From an uncultured Chloroflexia bacterium (GTDB lineage: Bacteria; Chloroflexota; Anaerolineae; B4-G1; SLSP01): a stretch of 64,000 nt of DNA. Below the pieces are notes generated by a model that saw only the letters and a list, made by a program, of their open reading frames with translations, searched no databases and had not been told where the DNA came from. Within the stretch, counting starts at the first letter, position 1. Every line of letters begins with the position of its first letter. Of this stretch, positions 42,872-52,430 are shown piece by piece. The position numbers and the translations under genes are program-made. The stretch is taken from positions 64,001 through 128,000 of the forward strand of contig CAVVUS010000010.1 of assembly GCA_963751345.1 (NCBI GenBank). Reading direction: 5' to 3'.

Positions 42872-43735
42872 ATGATCGAGCTCGCGCCAAACCACAAATA
42901 CGGACTCTCCATCGATGTGCCGGTCATGCCCGCGAGCGGTACATTTGGCTTCGGCGACGCCTACAGGGACCTGGTCGATCTCTCGCTGCTGGGTGCGGTC
43001 GTCACCAACCCGGTCAGCCTTCGACCACGCAGGTCGGCGCACGGTCAGCGGATTGCCGTCCACGGCGATACCTTCGTCGTGCACACGGGATGGCCCAATC
43101 CGGGTCTTCAGAGGCTGATTCGTGATACCCGCGAGGCGTGGGAGCGGATGACCTGCCCCGTGGTCGTTCACCTTCTCGCTACTACCGCTGCTGAGGTGGC
43201 CACCGCTGCTTCGCTTCTCTCAACCGTTCCGGGGGTGCGCGGCATCGAGCTGGGCTTCACCGCCGGCGTCTCACACAGGAAGGCGCTGGACTTTGTGGAG
43301 GCGGCCTCGAGTGAGGGAGACCTACCCGTCATCGCCAAGATTCCCTTTGATCGCGCGGACGATCTGGCCCCGCGACTCGCCCGCGAGGGTGTGGACGCCC
43401 TGACGCTCACCGCGCCGCCGCGTGCCGTCCTGCCCCTACCGGAGGACGAGGCAGAGCCGGGTGTCGCCCGCTATCTGCGGGGCCGGCTCTACGGTCGGGC
43501 GCTCTTCCCGCTGCTGCTGAACACGCTCTCCCGGTGGGCCCATCGCCTGACGGTACCTGTGATTGCCTGTGGGGGCATTGCCTCGCCGGATGACGCCCTG
43601 GCTTGCCTGACCCTGGGGGCCGCTGCCGTCCAGATCGACGCTTTGCTCTGGCGTGATCCCTCGTTGCTGGATACGATTGCGCGTGCGTTGGTTCGGCCGG
43701 AGGAACCCCCCGGATCCCAGGCCTCCTCTAGGTGA
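42872..43735 (+). CDS. Divergent dihydroorotate dehydrogenase (PyrD)-like FMN protein
   Basis: PVMPASGTFGFG, GWPNPG, VIACGGI, GAAAVQI; canonical catalytic motifs altered. Confidence 0.75.
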   Translation: MIELAPNHKYGLSIDVPVMPASGTFGFGDAYRDLVDLSLLGAVVTNPVSLRPRRSAHGQRIAVHGDTFVVHTGWPNPGLQRLIRDTREAWERMTCPVVVHLLATTAAEVATAASLLSTVPGVRGIELGFTAGVSHRKALDFVEAASSEGDLPVIAKIPFDRADDLAPRLAREGVDALTLTAPPRAVLPLPEDEAEPGVARYLRGRLYGRALFPLLLNTLSRWAHRLTVPVIACGGIASPDDALACLTLGAAAVQIDALLWRDPSLLDTIARALVRPEEPPGSQASSR

Positions 43736-43881
43736 AACTCATCGTCACCGAAGGTGACACTTCCCACTACGGTCTCCGATACTGGAAGACTATAATGCCA
43801 ATGCCGCGGGGGTGTTCGGCTCTATGTTGCCGTGCCGGCGCGAGGTTGAGAGAATAATGTGGCTCATTAGGATGTTGAACT

Positions 43882-44583
43882 TTGCCAACTGAAGCCGACC
43901 GGCGCCAGAAGACGACCATTCGTGATCTGTTCACCCAGATCTCGGCGCATTACGATCTCATCAACCGTCTCATGTCGCTGGGCCAGGACCAGCGTTGGCG
44001 GCGGGTGGCCTTGGAGATGGCGCAGGTGCCACCCGGAGGGGCGCTCCTTGACGTCGCCAGCGGTACCGGAGATCTCGCGTTGATGGCGTTGCGTCGGCAC
44101 CCCTCTTCCCGGATCGTGGGTTCCGATCTGACCCCGGCGATGCTCCAACTGGCCCATGAGAAATCAAGGGGCCTCAAGTTGCCTTGGGTCGTCAGCGATG
44201 GCCTGGCACTCTCTTTCGCCGATGTGACCTTCGATGCCGTTACCTCTGCTTTTATGATGCGCAATGTGCCCGACGTCGGCCAGGCTCTCGCGGAGCAGGC
44301 CCGCGTGGTGCGCCCCGGTGGGCGTGTGGTCTGCCTCGAAATGACCTGGCCGCGACGATTCCCGATGCGCTGGCTCTTTGGCCTCTACTTCTACGGCCTT
44401 CCCCCCCTTTTGGGCGGGCTGATGGACGGGACGTGGGAGCCCTATCGCTACCTTCCTCGCTCGGTGAAGCGTTTCATCGAGCCTGCGGAGCTGGCAAAGA
44501 AGATGACGGAAGTTGGATTGCACGACGTCACTTGGCGGATGATGATGGGTGGCACGGTGGCGATCCACGTAGGTGTTAAGTAG
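43882..44583 (+). CDS. menG: Demethylmenaquinone methyltransferase (UbiE/MenG)
   Basis: YDLINRLMSLGQDQRWR, LDVASGTGD, MRNV, YRYLPRS. Confidence 0.88.
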   Translation: MPTEADRRQKTTIRDLFTQISAHYDLINRLMSLGQDQRWRRVALEMAQVPPGGALLDVASGTGDLALMALRRHPSSRIVGSDLTPAMLQLAHEKSRGLKLPWVVSDGLALSFADVTFDAVTSAFMMRNVPDVGQALAEQARVVRPGGRVVCLEMTWPRRFPMRWLFGLYFYGLPPLLGGLMDGTWEPYRYLPRSVKRFIEPAELAKKMTEVGLHDVTWRMMMGGTVAIHVGVK

Positions 44584-44593
44584 GAGGATAGGT

Positions 44594-46138
44594 GTGACTC
44601 AGTCTGAAGATCCGCGCCTCGAGGCGCTGAGGAAGAGTAAGGCCCAGGCCCAGTTGGGTGGGGGCCGCGAACGTATGGACCGGCAGCACGCCAAGGGCAA
44701 GATGACCGCCCGCGAACGCCTCGCCGAGCTCCTGGATGCCGGCTCGTTCCACGAGCTCCAGCCTTTCACCGTGGCTCACGCCGAGGATGAGAGTTCGATC
44801 CCGGGCGATGGCGTGGTCACGGGCTACGGTACCATAGACGGGCGCAGGGTCTGCGTCTACGCGCAGGACTTCACCGTCTACGGTGGCTCGGTCTCGCTGG
44901 CCCACGCCCGCAAGATCGTGCAGGTCCAGGAGATGGCGATGAACAACGGTCTTCCCGTGATCGGGCTCCTCGATTCCGGCGGCGCCCGCATCCAGGAGGG
45001 CGTGCTCTCGCTCCAGGGCTATGGTGAGGTCTTCAGACAGAATGCCCTGGCCTCGGGTGTGGTCCCCCAGATCTCGGTCATCCTCGGCCCCTGCGCGGGC
45101 GGTGCGTCCTACAGCCCCGCGCTGACCGATTTCATCGTGATGACCGACAAGAGCTCGATGATGTTCATCACCGGGCCCGACGTCGTGAAGAGTGTGACGG
45201 GTGAAGAAATCGATCACGAGGGGCTTGGCGGGGCGCGGGTGCATACCGGCGTGAGCGGGGTGGCGCACTTTATCGGCCGTGACGAGCATCACGCTCTGTC
45301 CCTGGTGCGTCAACTGCTCTCCTACCTGCCCTCCAATAACGTCGACTCGGCCCCCGCGGTCGCCCCGGCGGACGACCCGAACCGTGCCGACGAGAGCCTG
45401 AACTCGATCGTGCCCGCGGCACCCAATCTCCCCTATGATATGCTCGACGTGATCACCACCGTCATGGACCGGGGAAGTTGGTTCGAGGTCCAGGCCAATT
45501 GGGCGCAAAACGCCATCGTCGGCTTTGCCCGCCTCGACGGCATGCCCGTCGGCGTGGTGGCCCAGCAGCCTATGGTGCTGGCCGGGGCCATCGACATCAA
45601 TGCGTCGGACAAGATCTCGCGCTTTGTCCGTTTCTGCGACGCCTTCAATTTGCCCGTGATCACCTTTGCCGATTCACCCGGCTTCATGCCCGGTGTGGCC
45701 CAGGAGCACGGGGGGATCATCCGCCACGGCGCCAAGATCATCTACGCTTACGTCGAGGCGACGGTGCCCAAGATCTCGGTCGTGACCCGCAAGGGCTATG
45801 GCGGCGCATATATCGTGATGGGCAGCAAAAGCTTGGGGGCCGACGTCCACCTCGCCTGGCCGACGGCGGAGATCGCCGTGATGGGCCCCGAGGGCGCCGT
45901 GGCGGTCATCAACCGCCGCGAGTTGGCTGCGGCCGAAGATCCCGAGGCCCTGCGTGCCGAGCTCGTCGCCCAATACCGCGCGACCTATGCCAATCCCTAT
46001 TACTCGGCGCAGCGCGGTATCGTGGACAACATCATCGAGCCCGCCCAGACCCGCCCCGAGTTGATCGCTGCCCTGCGGACGCTGCAGGAGCAGATCCGCC
46101 CTGTGCCGCCCAAGAAGCACGGCGTGATGCCGGCGTAG
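44594..46138 (+). CDS. mmdA: Acyl-CoA carboxyltransferase (methylmalonyl-CoA decarboxylase alpha / PccB-like)
   Basis: GKMTARER, DSGGARIQEG, RFCDAFN, RKGYGGAY, KKHG; AGGAGG RBS. Confidence 0.85.
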   Translation: MTQSEDPRLEALRKSKAQAQLGGGRERMDRQHAKGKMTARERLAELLDAGSFHELQPFTVAHAEDESSIPGDGVVTGYGTIDGRRVCVYAQDFTVYGGSVSLAHARKIVQVQEMAMNNGLPVIGLLDSGGARIQEGVLSLQGYGEVFRQNALASGVVPQISVILGPCAGGASYSPALTDFIVMTDKSSMMFITGPDVVKSVTGEEIDHEGLGGARVHTGVSGVAHFIGRDEHHALSLVRQLLSYLPSNNVDSAPAVAPADDPNRADESLNSIVPAAPNLPYDMLDVITTVMDRGSWFEVQANWAQNAIVGFARLDGMPVGVVAQQPMVLAGAIDINASDKISRFVRFCDAFNLPVITFADSPGFMPGVAQEHGGIIRHGAKIIYAYVEATVPKISVVTRKGYGGAYIVMGSKSLGADVHLAWPTAEIAVMGPEGAVAVINRRELAAAEDPEALRAELVAQYRATYANPYYSAQRGIVDNIIEPAQTRPELIAALRTLQEQIRPVPPKKHGVMPA

Positions 46139-46146
46139 GAGCGAAG

Positions 46147-46600
46147 ATGTCACAGTCATTAGCTCAGTCGCTGCAGCTTACGATCCTCGGCATGGGGATG
46201 ACCTTTCTGAGCATCGGGGCGCTCGTCGCCGGGATGTTCCTGCTGACCCGGCTGACCGCTGTCAGGGTGGGTGGCGCGAGCCGGCGTATCCGCTGCCGGA
46301 CGAGTCGGGCCACCCGCCGCAGAGGCCGCCCTCACCGAGGGGGAGGCTTTGCTCACCACCCGCTCCGAGATCCGGGTCGAGCCCCAGGAGGGCGTGCCAT
46401 TCTCAGGCGACGACGATGCCACCGAGGCCCGCCGGCGTGCTGCGGCGGCTGCTGTAGCCGTCGCGCTGGCTCTGCAGGAGCGGTCGGCCCCGGCGCCCAA
46501 GGCGGCGCAGCCCGCCACGCCTGACGCCTGGAACATCTATGCCCGCAGCCTGCATCTATCGGGCCGTGCCCGTTACGAGTCGCTCCGAGGCCGTCGATGA
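46147..46600 (+). CDS. OadG/MmdD-family decarboxylase membrane anchor subunit (one frameshift)
   Basis: LTILGMGMTF TM helix, then AAAAAVAVALA..AW in the next frame; position in the decarboxylase cluster. Confidence 0.72.
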
Positions 46601-46850
46601 GAGACGTCAACCGTTTGTCCCACGCTGGGAGTGCGTTGGTTTCCACGCCGTTTTTCACGACTGTCGTAAAGGCGCGCCGGTGGCGCGTCTTCCGGCGTGC
46701 AGATACCCTCAGATGCCGGCATGATTCTCCGTCGTGAGGTCCCCGGCATCGGGGGTGACACTGCGTCCGGAGACGGGGTACCGCCCCGCTTCTACGGAAA
46801 ACCAATGTACGCCCGCGCGTCCTCCGTGTACCCGTTTGAGGTGTAATCCT

Positions 46851-47303
46851 ATGCCAACTTATCGTGTTACGATTGACGGTCAGCTCTATACCGTGGACAT
46901 CCCCGATCCTACCGCCCGCCCCGTCCAGGCGGTTGTGGACGGATATCTGTTCGAAGTCGCGGTCGAAGACGACAACCGATCGGTTAAAGTAGCCGCCGCT
47001 GCCGTTCAACCTGCGGCTGAGGTGCGGACCGCATCTGCGGCCCCCGCCTCTGCGGCCCCAGCGGCCCCGGCTGCCCCCGCGGCAGGCTTCAACGTCGTCG
47101 CTCCCTTGCCCGGCACCATTGTCAGCGTCAGTGTCAATGCAGGCGACTCGGTCGAGCGCGGGCAGGAGCTCTGCGTGCTCGAGGCGATGAAGATGAACAA
47201 CCCGATTCGTGCGACGCAATCCGGTGAGATCACGGAAGTGCTCATCAGTGTAGGGCAGCAAGTCCAGTACGGCGATCCCTTGATGGTGATAGCAGAGGCT
47301 TAG
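46851..47303 (+). CDS. mmdC: Biotin carboxyl carrier subunit
   Basis: YRVTIDG N-terminus, Ala/Pro linker, EAMKM biotinylation motif. Confidence 0.88.
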   Translation: MPTYRVTIDGQLYTVDIPDPTARPVQAVVDGYLFEVAVEDDNRSVKVAAAAVQPAAEVRTASAAPASAAPAAPAAPAAGFNVVAPLPGTIVSVSVNAGDSVERGQELCVLEAMKMNNPIRATQSGEITEVLISVGQQVQYGDPLMVIAEA

Positions 47304-47304
47304 G

Positions 47305-48093
47305 ATGGGCTTTCTCGGCATGGCAGACCGTCACTCGCCCTTGACCAGCCAGTTGGAGGCCAAGACCCGTGACCTGGATTGGACGTTGGCGCACTTCGCA
47401 TTCGTCGCGGACGTGACCGCGCTCGCCACCGAATGTGACGTCGCCCACTCCCCGACGATGTCGGTCGCCAGTTGTCGCGCGCTGCCCACCCTGGGGCTGG
47501 CTTTCGTCGGCGATTCCCCCGATCTGTTGGCGACCTACGCTGCCTTTCTCGCCGATCCCGGCAGCGAGGTATCGCTGGTGGTCGATGAGGCGCAGCGGTC
47601 CATCGCCGAGTGCGCCTTCACCGTGGAGTCGGTCGTGCCCAAGTGGCAGATGGTCTTTCAGGGGAATGCCGGTGCTTTGGACTCCCGACCGGCCACTCGA
47701 CTCACGGAGAATGATCTACCCGCGGTCCGGGCCCTCGCCAGGATGGAGCAGGTGTCGCTCTTCGGCTTCTCCGACGACCTTCTCCTGCGCGGTCCGGCCT
47801 TTGGCGTTTGGGATCGGCGCAAACTGGTCGCGATAGGCACTACGGTGGTCAGCCTGCCCGGTGTGGCGCAGATCGACAACGTTCTGACCCGCAAGGAGTA
47901 TCGCCGGCGGGGCCATGGTACCGCCGTGGTCGCTGCCTTACTTCGCGCCCACCACGCCGAGGATCGGGGCGTCTTTGCCGTCGTGGACCAGGGCAATGAT
48001 GCCATCCTCGGATTGCTTGAGAAGCTCGGTTTCGCGCGCGAGCGCCCCATGTACGCGATGACCTGCGTGCTCGGCGCGCCCGATGGTGAATGA
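47305..48093 (+). CDS. GNAT-family acetyltransferase
   Basis: VLTRKEYRRRGHG motif A, LEKLGF. Confidence 0.82.
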   Translation: MGFLGMADRHSPLTSQLEAKTRDLDWTLAHFAFVADVTALATECDVAHSPTMSVASCRALPTLGLAFVGDSPDLLATYAAFLADPGSEVSLVVDEAQRSIAECAFTVESVVPKWQMVFQGNAGALDSRPATRLTENDLPAVRALARMEQVSLFGFSDDLLLRGPAFGVWDRRKLVAIGTTVVSLPGVAQIDNVLTRKEYRRRGHGTAVVAALLRAHHAEDRGVFAVVDQGNDAILGLLEKLGFARERPMYAMTCVLGAPDGE

Positions 48094-48202
48094 TGGATGG
48101 TTGGTGTTGGACGCTGGATGCCAGATGTCTGCTGCAGCCGGTGACCTCTTCTCGATCGGGAGCTGACGACTGACGACTGGTAACTGAAAGCTGGGAGGGT
48201 GT

Positions 48203-49348
48203 ATGCCCGACGGCGTTGATCTCGGCGGCCTCTTCTCCGGTCTCGTGGACCTCGTCCACAACTGGCCCAGCCTCATTATGATGGCCGTGGGCGGCCTCTT
48301 GATCTACCTGGCCATCGCCCGCGAATACGAGCCGGTGCTCCTGCTCCCCATCGGCACCGGCTGCATCATCGGCAACCTGCCGCTCTCCGCGATGATCGAT
48401 CCCGCCGAAAACGGTATGCTGGCCGTTCTCAAGACGGCGACGGTCGACAATGAGCTCCTCCCGCTGCTGATCTTCATCGGCGTAGGGGCGATGATGGACT
48501 TTCGTCCGCTCCTGGCCCAACCTTTCTTTGCCCTGATGGGCGCCGCGGGACAGTTCGGCATCTTCGGCACGTTGATATTGGCGATCCTGCTGGGCTTCCC
48601 GATGAACGAGGCCGCGAGCATCGGCATCATCGGCGCCATCGATGGGCCCACCAGCATCTACGTCGCCAACCAGCTCGCGCCCAATCTGCTGGGCGTCATT
48701 TCGGTGGTGGCCTACTCCTATATGAGCCTGGTCCCCATCATCCAGCCTCCGATTATGCGCTTGCTCACCACCCGCGAGGAGCGTATGACGCGGATGGACT
48801 ATGCGCCCCGCCCGGTCTCGCCCCTGGCTATGGTGACCTTTCCTGTGGTGGTGACGATCGCCATCGGTATTCTCGTGCCGAAAGCCGCGCCGCTGATCGC
48901 GGCCCTGATGCTCGGCAATCTGTTGCGGGAGGCTCACGTCGTCCCGCGGCTGGCGCGGTCGGCCGAGAACGAGATCATCAACGTCGCCACGCTCTTCCTG
49001 GGCCTGGTGGTCGGCAGCACGATGACGGCCCGGACCTTTCTCACGTTCGACACGCTCAAGATCCTGCTGCTGGGGCTGCTCGCCTTTGGTCTCGACACCG
49101 CAGCCGGGCTGCTCTTCGGCAAGCTTCTCTATCTGCTCTCGGGCAAGAAGATTAACCCGCTCATCGGCGCCGCGGGGATCAGCGCCTTCCCCATGGCCGG
49201 TCGTATCGTCCAGCGCGTGGCCCAGGAGGAGGACTTCTCCAACTTCGTCCTGATGCACGCTATGGGCGCCAACACCGCCGGTCAACTCGGCTCCGTCATC
49301 GCGGGCGGCGTCCTGCTTACGCTGGTGCTTCCGATGGTCGGGGGATGA
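48203..49348 (+). CDS. mmdB: Na+-translocating decarboxylase beta subunit (OadB/MmdB)
   Basis: EPVLLLPIG, GIIGAIDGPT, AYSYMSLVP, NPLIGAAG, HAMGANTAG. Confidence 0.92.
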   Translation: MPDGVDLGGLFSGLVDLVHNWPSLIMMAVGGLLIYLAIAREYEPVLLLPIGTGCIIGNLPLSAMIDPAENGMLAVLKTATVDNELLPLLIFIGVGAMMDFRPLLAQPFFALMGAAGQFGIFGTLILAILLGFPMNEAASIGIIGAIDGPTSIYVANQLAPNLLGVISVVAYSYMSLVPIIQPPIMRLLTTREERMTRMDYAPRPVSPLAMVTFPVVVTIAIGILVPKAAPLIAALMLGNLLREAHVVPRLARSAENEIINVATLFLGLVVGSTMTARTFLTFDTLKILLLGLLAFGLDTAAGLLFGKLLYLLSGKKINPLIGAAGISAFPMAGRIVQRVAQEEDFSNFVLMHAMGANTAGQLGSVIAGGVLLTLVLPMVGG

Positions 49349-49498
49349 GGGTGGATGTTGGATGTTGGATTGCCGGAAGCCGGATACCTGAGGCAGGTCT
49401 CTATTCTCTGATTCTGGATTCTCTGATTCTTCATTCTTCCATTCTGGATTCTTGCACTCGCTTTCTCGCCTTTTCGTCTTTCGCTTTCTGGAGGTGCT

Positions 49499-49765
49499 AT
49501 GGCAAGAGGTATGATCGTTATCGATACCGACCGCTGTAAAGGTTGTGGCCTCTGCACTCACGTCTGCCCGCCCAACATCCTCGCCCTTTCCTCCGAGGCC
49601 TTCAACGCCAAGGGCTATCATCCTGTCGTCATGACCGATCCCGAAGCGTGCATCGGCTGTGGCGCCTGCGCCACGATTTGCCCCGACGTCGTCTTCACCG
49701 TCTACCGCCTCAAGCGGGAGCCGCGAGTGTCCACCGTACAGCCTGCGGCTGCCGCCACCGGTTAG
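49499..49765 (+). CDS. 2x[4Fe-4S] ferredoxin (delta subunit of 2-oxoacid oxidoreductase)
   Basis: CKGCGLCTHVCP and CIGCGACATICP. Confidence 0.9.
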   Translation: MARGMIVIDTDRCKGCGLCTHVCPPNILALSSEAFNAKGYHPVVMTDPEACIGCGACATICPDVVFTVYRLKREPRVSTVQPAAAATG

Positions 49766-49777
49766 GAGCAGCGTACG

Positions 49778-50851
49778 ATGACCAAACAATTGCTCAAGGG
49801 CAATATCGCTTTCGCCGAGGCCGCGCTGCGCAATGGTCTGGAGGCCTACTTCGGGTATCCCATCACGCCGCAGAGCGAGGCGCTCGAACACCTCTCGGGC
49901 CGGATGATCCAGGAGGGACGGGTCTTCCTCCAGGCCGAGAGTGAGGTGGCTGCGATCAACATGGTCTACGGCGCGGCCTGCAGCGGCGTGCGCGTTATGA
50001 CCTCGACGTCGGGTCCGGGCTTCGCGCTGATGGCCGAGGGGCTCTCTTACATCGCGGGCTCAGAGGTGCCGGTCGTCGTCGTCAATATGATGCGTGGGGG
50101 GCCCGGTCTGGGCAACATCCAGCCCTCGCAGGGTGACTATTTCTTCATGACCAAGAGCGCGGGCCACGGCGATTTCCATCCCATCGTGCTCGCCCCCGCC
50201 AACGTCCAGGAGCTCATCGACATGATAGGCCTGGCGTTTGACCTGGCCGAGACTTATCGCACGCTCGTGATCGTGGCCGGGGACGGGAGCATCGGCCAGA
50301 TGATGGAGTCGGCCGAGCTGCCGCCGATGAAACCCGTCCGCACCCGCAGGCCCGACTGGGCCGTGACCGGCGCCGCCGGGCGCGAGCCGAATGTCATCAC
50401 GTCGCTCTACCTGGGCGCGGACCACCTGGAGGCCCACAACCAGCGTCTGCAGGCCAAGTTGGCCCGGGTCAAAGCTCGCGAAGCGCGGTCCGTCGAGGTG
50501 CTCACCGAGGACGCCGACCTGCTGCTCGTAGCCTATGGCACCGCCGGCCGCATCTGCACCTCGGTGGTGCGCGAGGCCCGTAAGCTCGGATTTGCCGTCG
50601 GCTTGCTGCGGCCCCAGACGCTGTGGCCCTTCCCCGAGCCACGCCTGGCCGAACTTACCGGGCAAGTGAGCGGCGTGCTCGTCGTCGAGATGAGCGCCGG
50701 CCAGATGCTCGAGGACGTTCAGCGCGCCGTCAACGGCCGCGTCCCCGTGCGTTTCTACGGCCGTATGGGCGGGGCGATCCCGATGGTAGATGATATTCTC
50801 GGCGAAGTGCAGGCCCTGGCCGGCGCCACGCTGCAAGGCGTTTCTATCTGA
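49778..50851 (+). CDS. vorB: 2-oxoacid:ferredoxin oxidoreductase alpha subunit (VorB-like)
   Basis: [42 protein letters not shown]. Confidence 0.88.
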   Translation: MTKQLLKGNIAFAEAALRNGLEAYFGYPITPQSEALEHLSGRMIQEGRVFLQAESEVAAINMVYGAACSGVRVMTSTSGPGFALMAEGLSYIAGSEVPVVVVNMMRGGPGLGNIQPSQGDYFFMTKSAGHGDFHPIVLAPANVQELIDMIGLAFDLAETYRTLVIVAGDGSIGQMMESAELPPMKPVRTRRPDWAVTGAAGREPNVITSLYLGADHLEAHNQRLQAKLARVKAREARSVEVLTEDADLLLVAYGTAGRICTSVVREARKLGFAVGLLRPQTLWPFPEPRLAELTGQVSGVLVVEMSAGQMLEDVQRAVNGRVPVRFYGRMGGAIPMVDDILGEVQALAGATLQGVSI

Positions 50852-50863
50852 GGAGGTACGTTG

Positions 50864-51646
50864 ATGACGCAGATCATTCCCGACACGATGGAGCAGGTCT
50901 ACGCCTTCCCGGCATCCCTCACCCGCGCCAACACCCACTACTGCCCCGGCTGCGTCCACGGCATCGTCCACCGGCTCGTCGGTGAGGTCCTGGATGAGCT
51001 CGGCATCCGCGAGCGCACCATCGGCGTCGCGCCGGTCGGCTGCGCCGTCCTGGCCTACAACTACATCAACGTCGACTTCGTCGAGGCGGCCCACGGCCGC
51101 GCCCCCGCGATGGCTACCGGCGTCAAGCGCGTCAACCCCGACAAGATCGTCTTCACCTACCAGGGCGACGGCGACATCGCCGCCATCGGCACCGCCGAGA
51201 TCATCCACGCGGCCAACCGCGGCGAGCACATCACCACCGTCTTCATCAACAATGCGATCTACGGCATGACCGGCGGGCAGATGGCCCCTACCACGCTGGA
51301 GGGCATGGTCACCACCTCCACGCCCACGGGGCGTGACTGCCTGATCGCCGGGTATCCGATGAAAATGTCCGAGCTGCTCGCCCAGACCGCCGGTGCCGTC
51401 TACGTCGCCCGCGAGATGGCGCTCGACGTCGCCGGCATCCGCCGCACCAAGAGGGCCATCAAGCGTGCCTTCCTCGCCCAGATCCACGGGCTGGGCTTTG
51501 CCTCTGTCGAGGTCCTCGCGACCTGTCCCACCAACTGGAACATGGATCCCTGGGCGGCGATGCAGTGGGCCAAGGAGAACCTGGCGACCTTCTACCCGGT
51601 CGATACCTTCAGGATCACCGACGAGGTCAAGGCTCTGAAGGTCTAA
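50864..51646 (+). CDS. 2-oxoacid:ferredoxin oxidoreductase TPP-binding beta subunit
   Basis: HYCPGC, HGRAPA, YQGDGD, NNAIYGMTGGQ, CPTNW. Confidence 0.9.
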   Translation: MTQIIPDTMEQVYAFPASLTRANTHYCPGCVHGIVHRLVGEVLDELGIRERTIGVAPVGCAVLAYNYINVDFVEAAHGRAPAMATGVKRVNPDKIVFTYQGDGDIAAIGTAEIIHAANRGEHITTVFINNAIYGMTGGQMAPTTLEGMVTTSTPTGRDCLIAGYPMKMSELLAQTAGAVYVAREMALDVAGIRRTKRAIKRAFLAQIHGLGFASVEVLATCPTNWNMDPWAAMQWAKENLATFYPVDTFRITDEVKALKV

Positions 51647-51658
51647 AAGGAGCACGCC

Positions 51659-52219
51659 ATGCGACACGAAGAAACCATCTTCTGCGGATTCGGGGGCCAG
51701 GGCGTTCTCTTCGCCGGCCAACTTCTCTCCTACGCCGGCCTCGCCGAGGGTCTCTACGTCACCTGGATCCCCTCCTACGGCCCCGAAATGCGCGGCGGCA
51801 CCGCCAACTGCACCGTCATTCTCTCCGAGGAGGAGATCGGCGCACCCGTCGTCGCCCACCCAACCGCCGCCGTCGTCTTCAACAGCCCCGCGATGGCCAA
51901 ATACGAGCCCCTGGTCAAGCCGGGCGGCCTGCTTCTCGCCAACAGCTCGCTGATCGAGGCGCGGAGTGCGCGCACCGACCTGCGCGCCGTCTACGTACCC
52001 GCCACCGACATCGCCGCCGAGCTCGGTAACATCCGTATGGCCAATATGGTCCTCCTCGGCGCCTTCGTCACCCTCACCGGCCTCGTCGCCCTCGACACCG
52101 TCAAGGACCAGCTCGACGAACACCTCTCCGACCGCCAGCGCAAATGGCTGGAGCCCAACTACCTCGCCCTCGCCCGCGGCGCCGCCCTCATCGCAGCGCG
52201 ACAGCCTGCGCCCGCCTAG
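51659..52219 (+). CDS. 2-oxoacid:ferredoxin oxidoreductase gamma subunit
   Basis: GFGGQG, SYGPEMRGGTA, ANMVLLGA. Confidence 0.9.
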   Translation: MRHEETIFCGFGGQGVLFAGQLLSYAGLAEGLYVTWIPSYGPEMRGGTANCTVILSEEEIGAPVVAHPTAAVVFNSPAMAKYEPLVKPGGLLLANSSLIEARSARTDLRAVYVPATDIAAELGNIRMANMVLLGAFVTLTGLVALDTVKDQLDEHLSDRQRKWLEPNYLALARGAALIAARQPAPA

Positions 52220-52243
52220 TGGACAGTCAAGCTGATATTTGGC

Positions 52244-52354
52244 GTTCGTAGGTCGGCAGTCTGCTGCCGCTTCGACTTCAGTCGTTCCGGTGCCTCAGAA
52301 GGCGCGCCCAGCAGACTGGGCGGCGCCAGAACCGCTGAAGCGGTTACTACGAAC
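52244..52354. repeat. REP-like (GTAG-type) palindromic element between convergent genes
   Basis: Terminal inverted GTTCGTAG..CTACGAAC; internal CGACTTCAGTCG and AACCGCTGAAGCGGTT. Confidence 0.55.
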
Positions 52355-52430
52355 CAGGTTCACTGACCACCAGTCCCCTCGAAGTAGGTGAGACGTGGCG
52401 GCGCTACGGCTTCTGCTCGATTGCCCGCCG

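Noticed and set aside
47849-52123. Very long minus-strand ORFs (680 aa and 687 aa), and similar ones at 40667-42076, 11592-12758 and 26146-27168
   Set aside because: They are antisense shadows of well-supported high-GC genes, with no motifs or RBS
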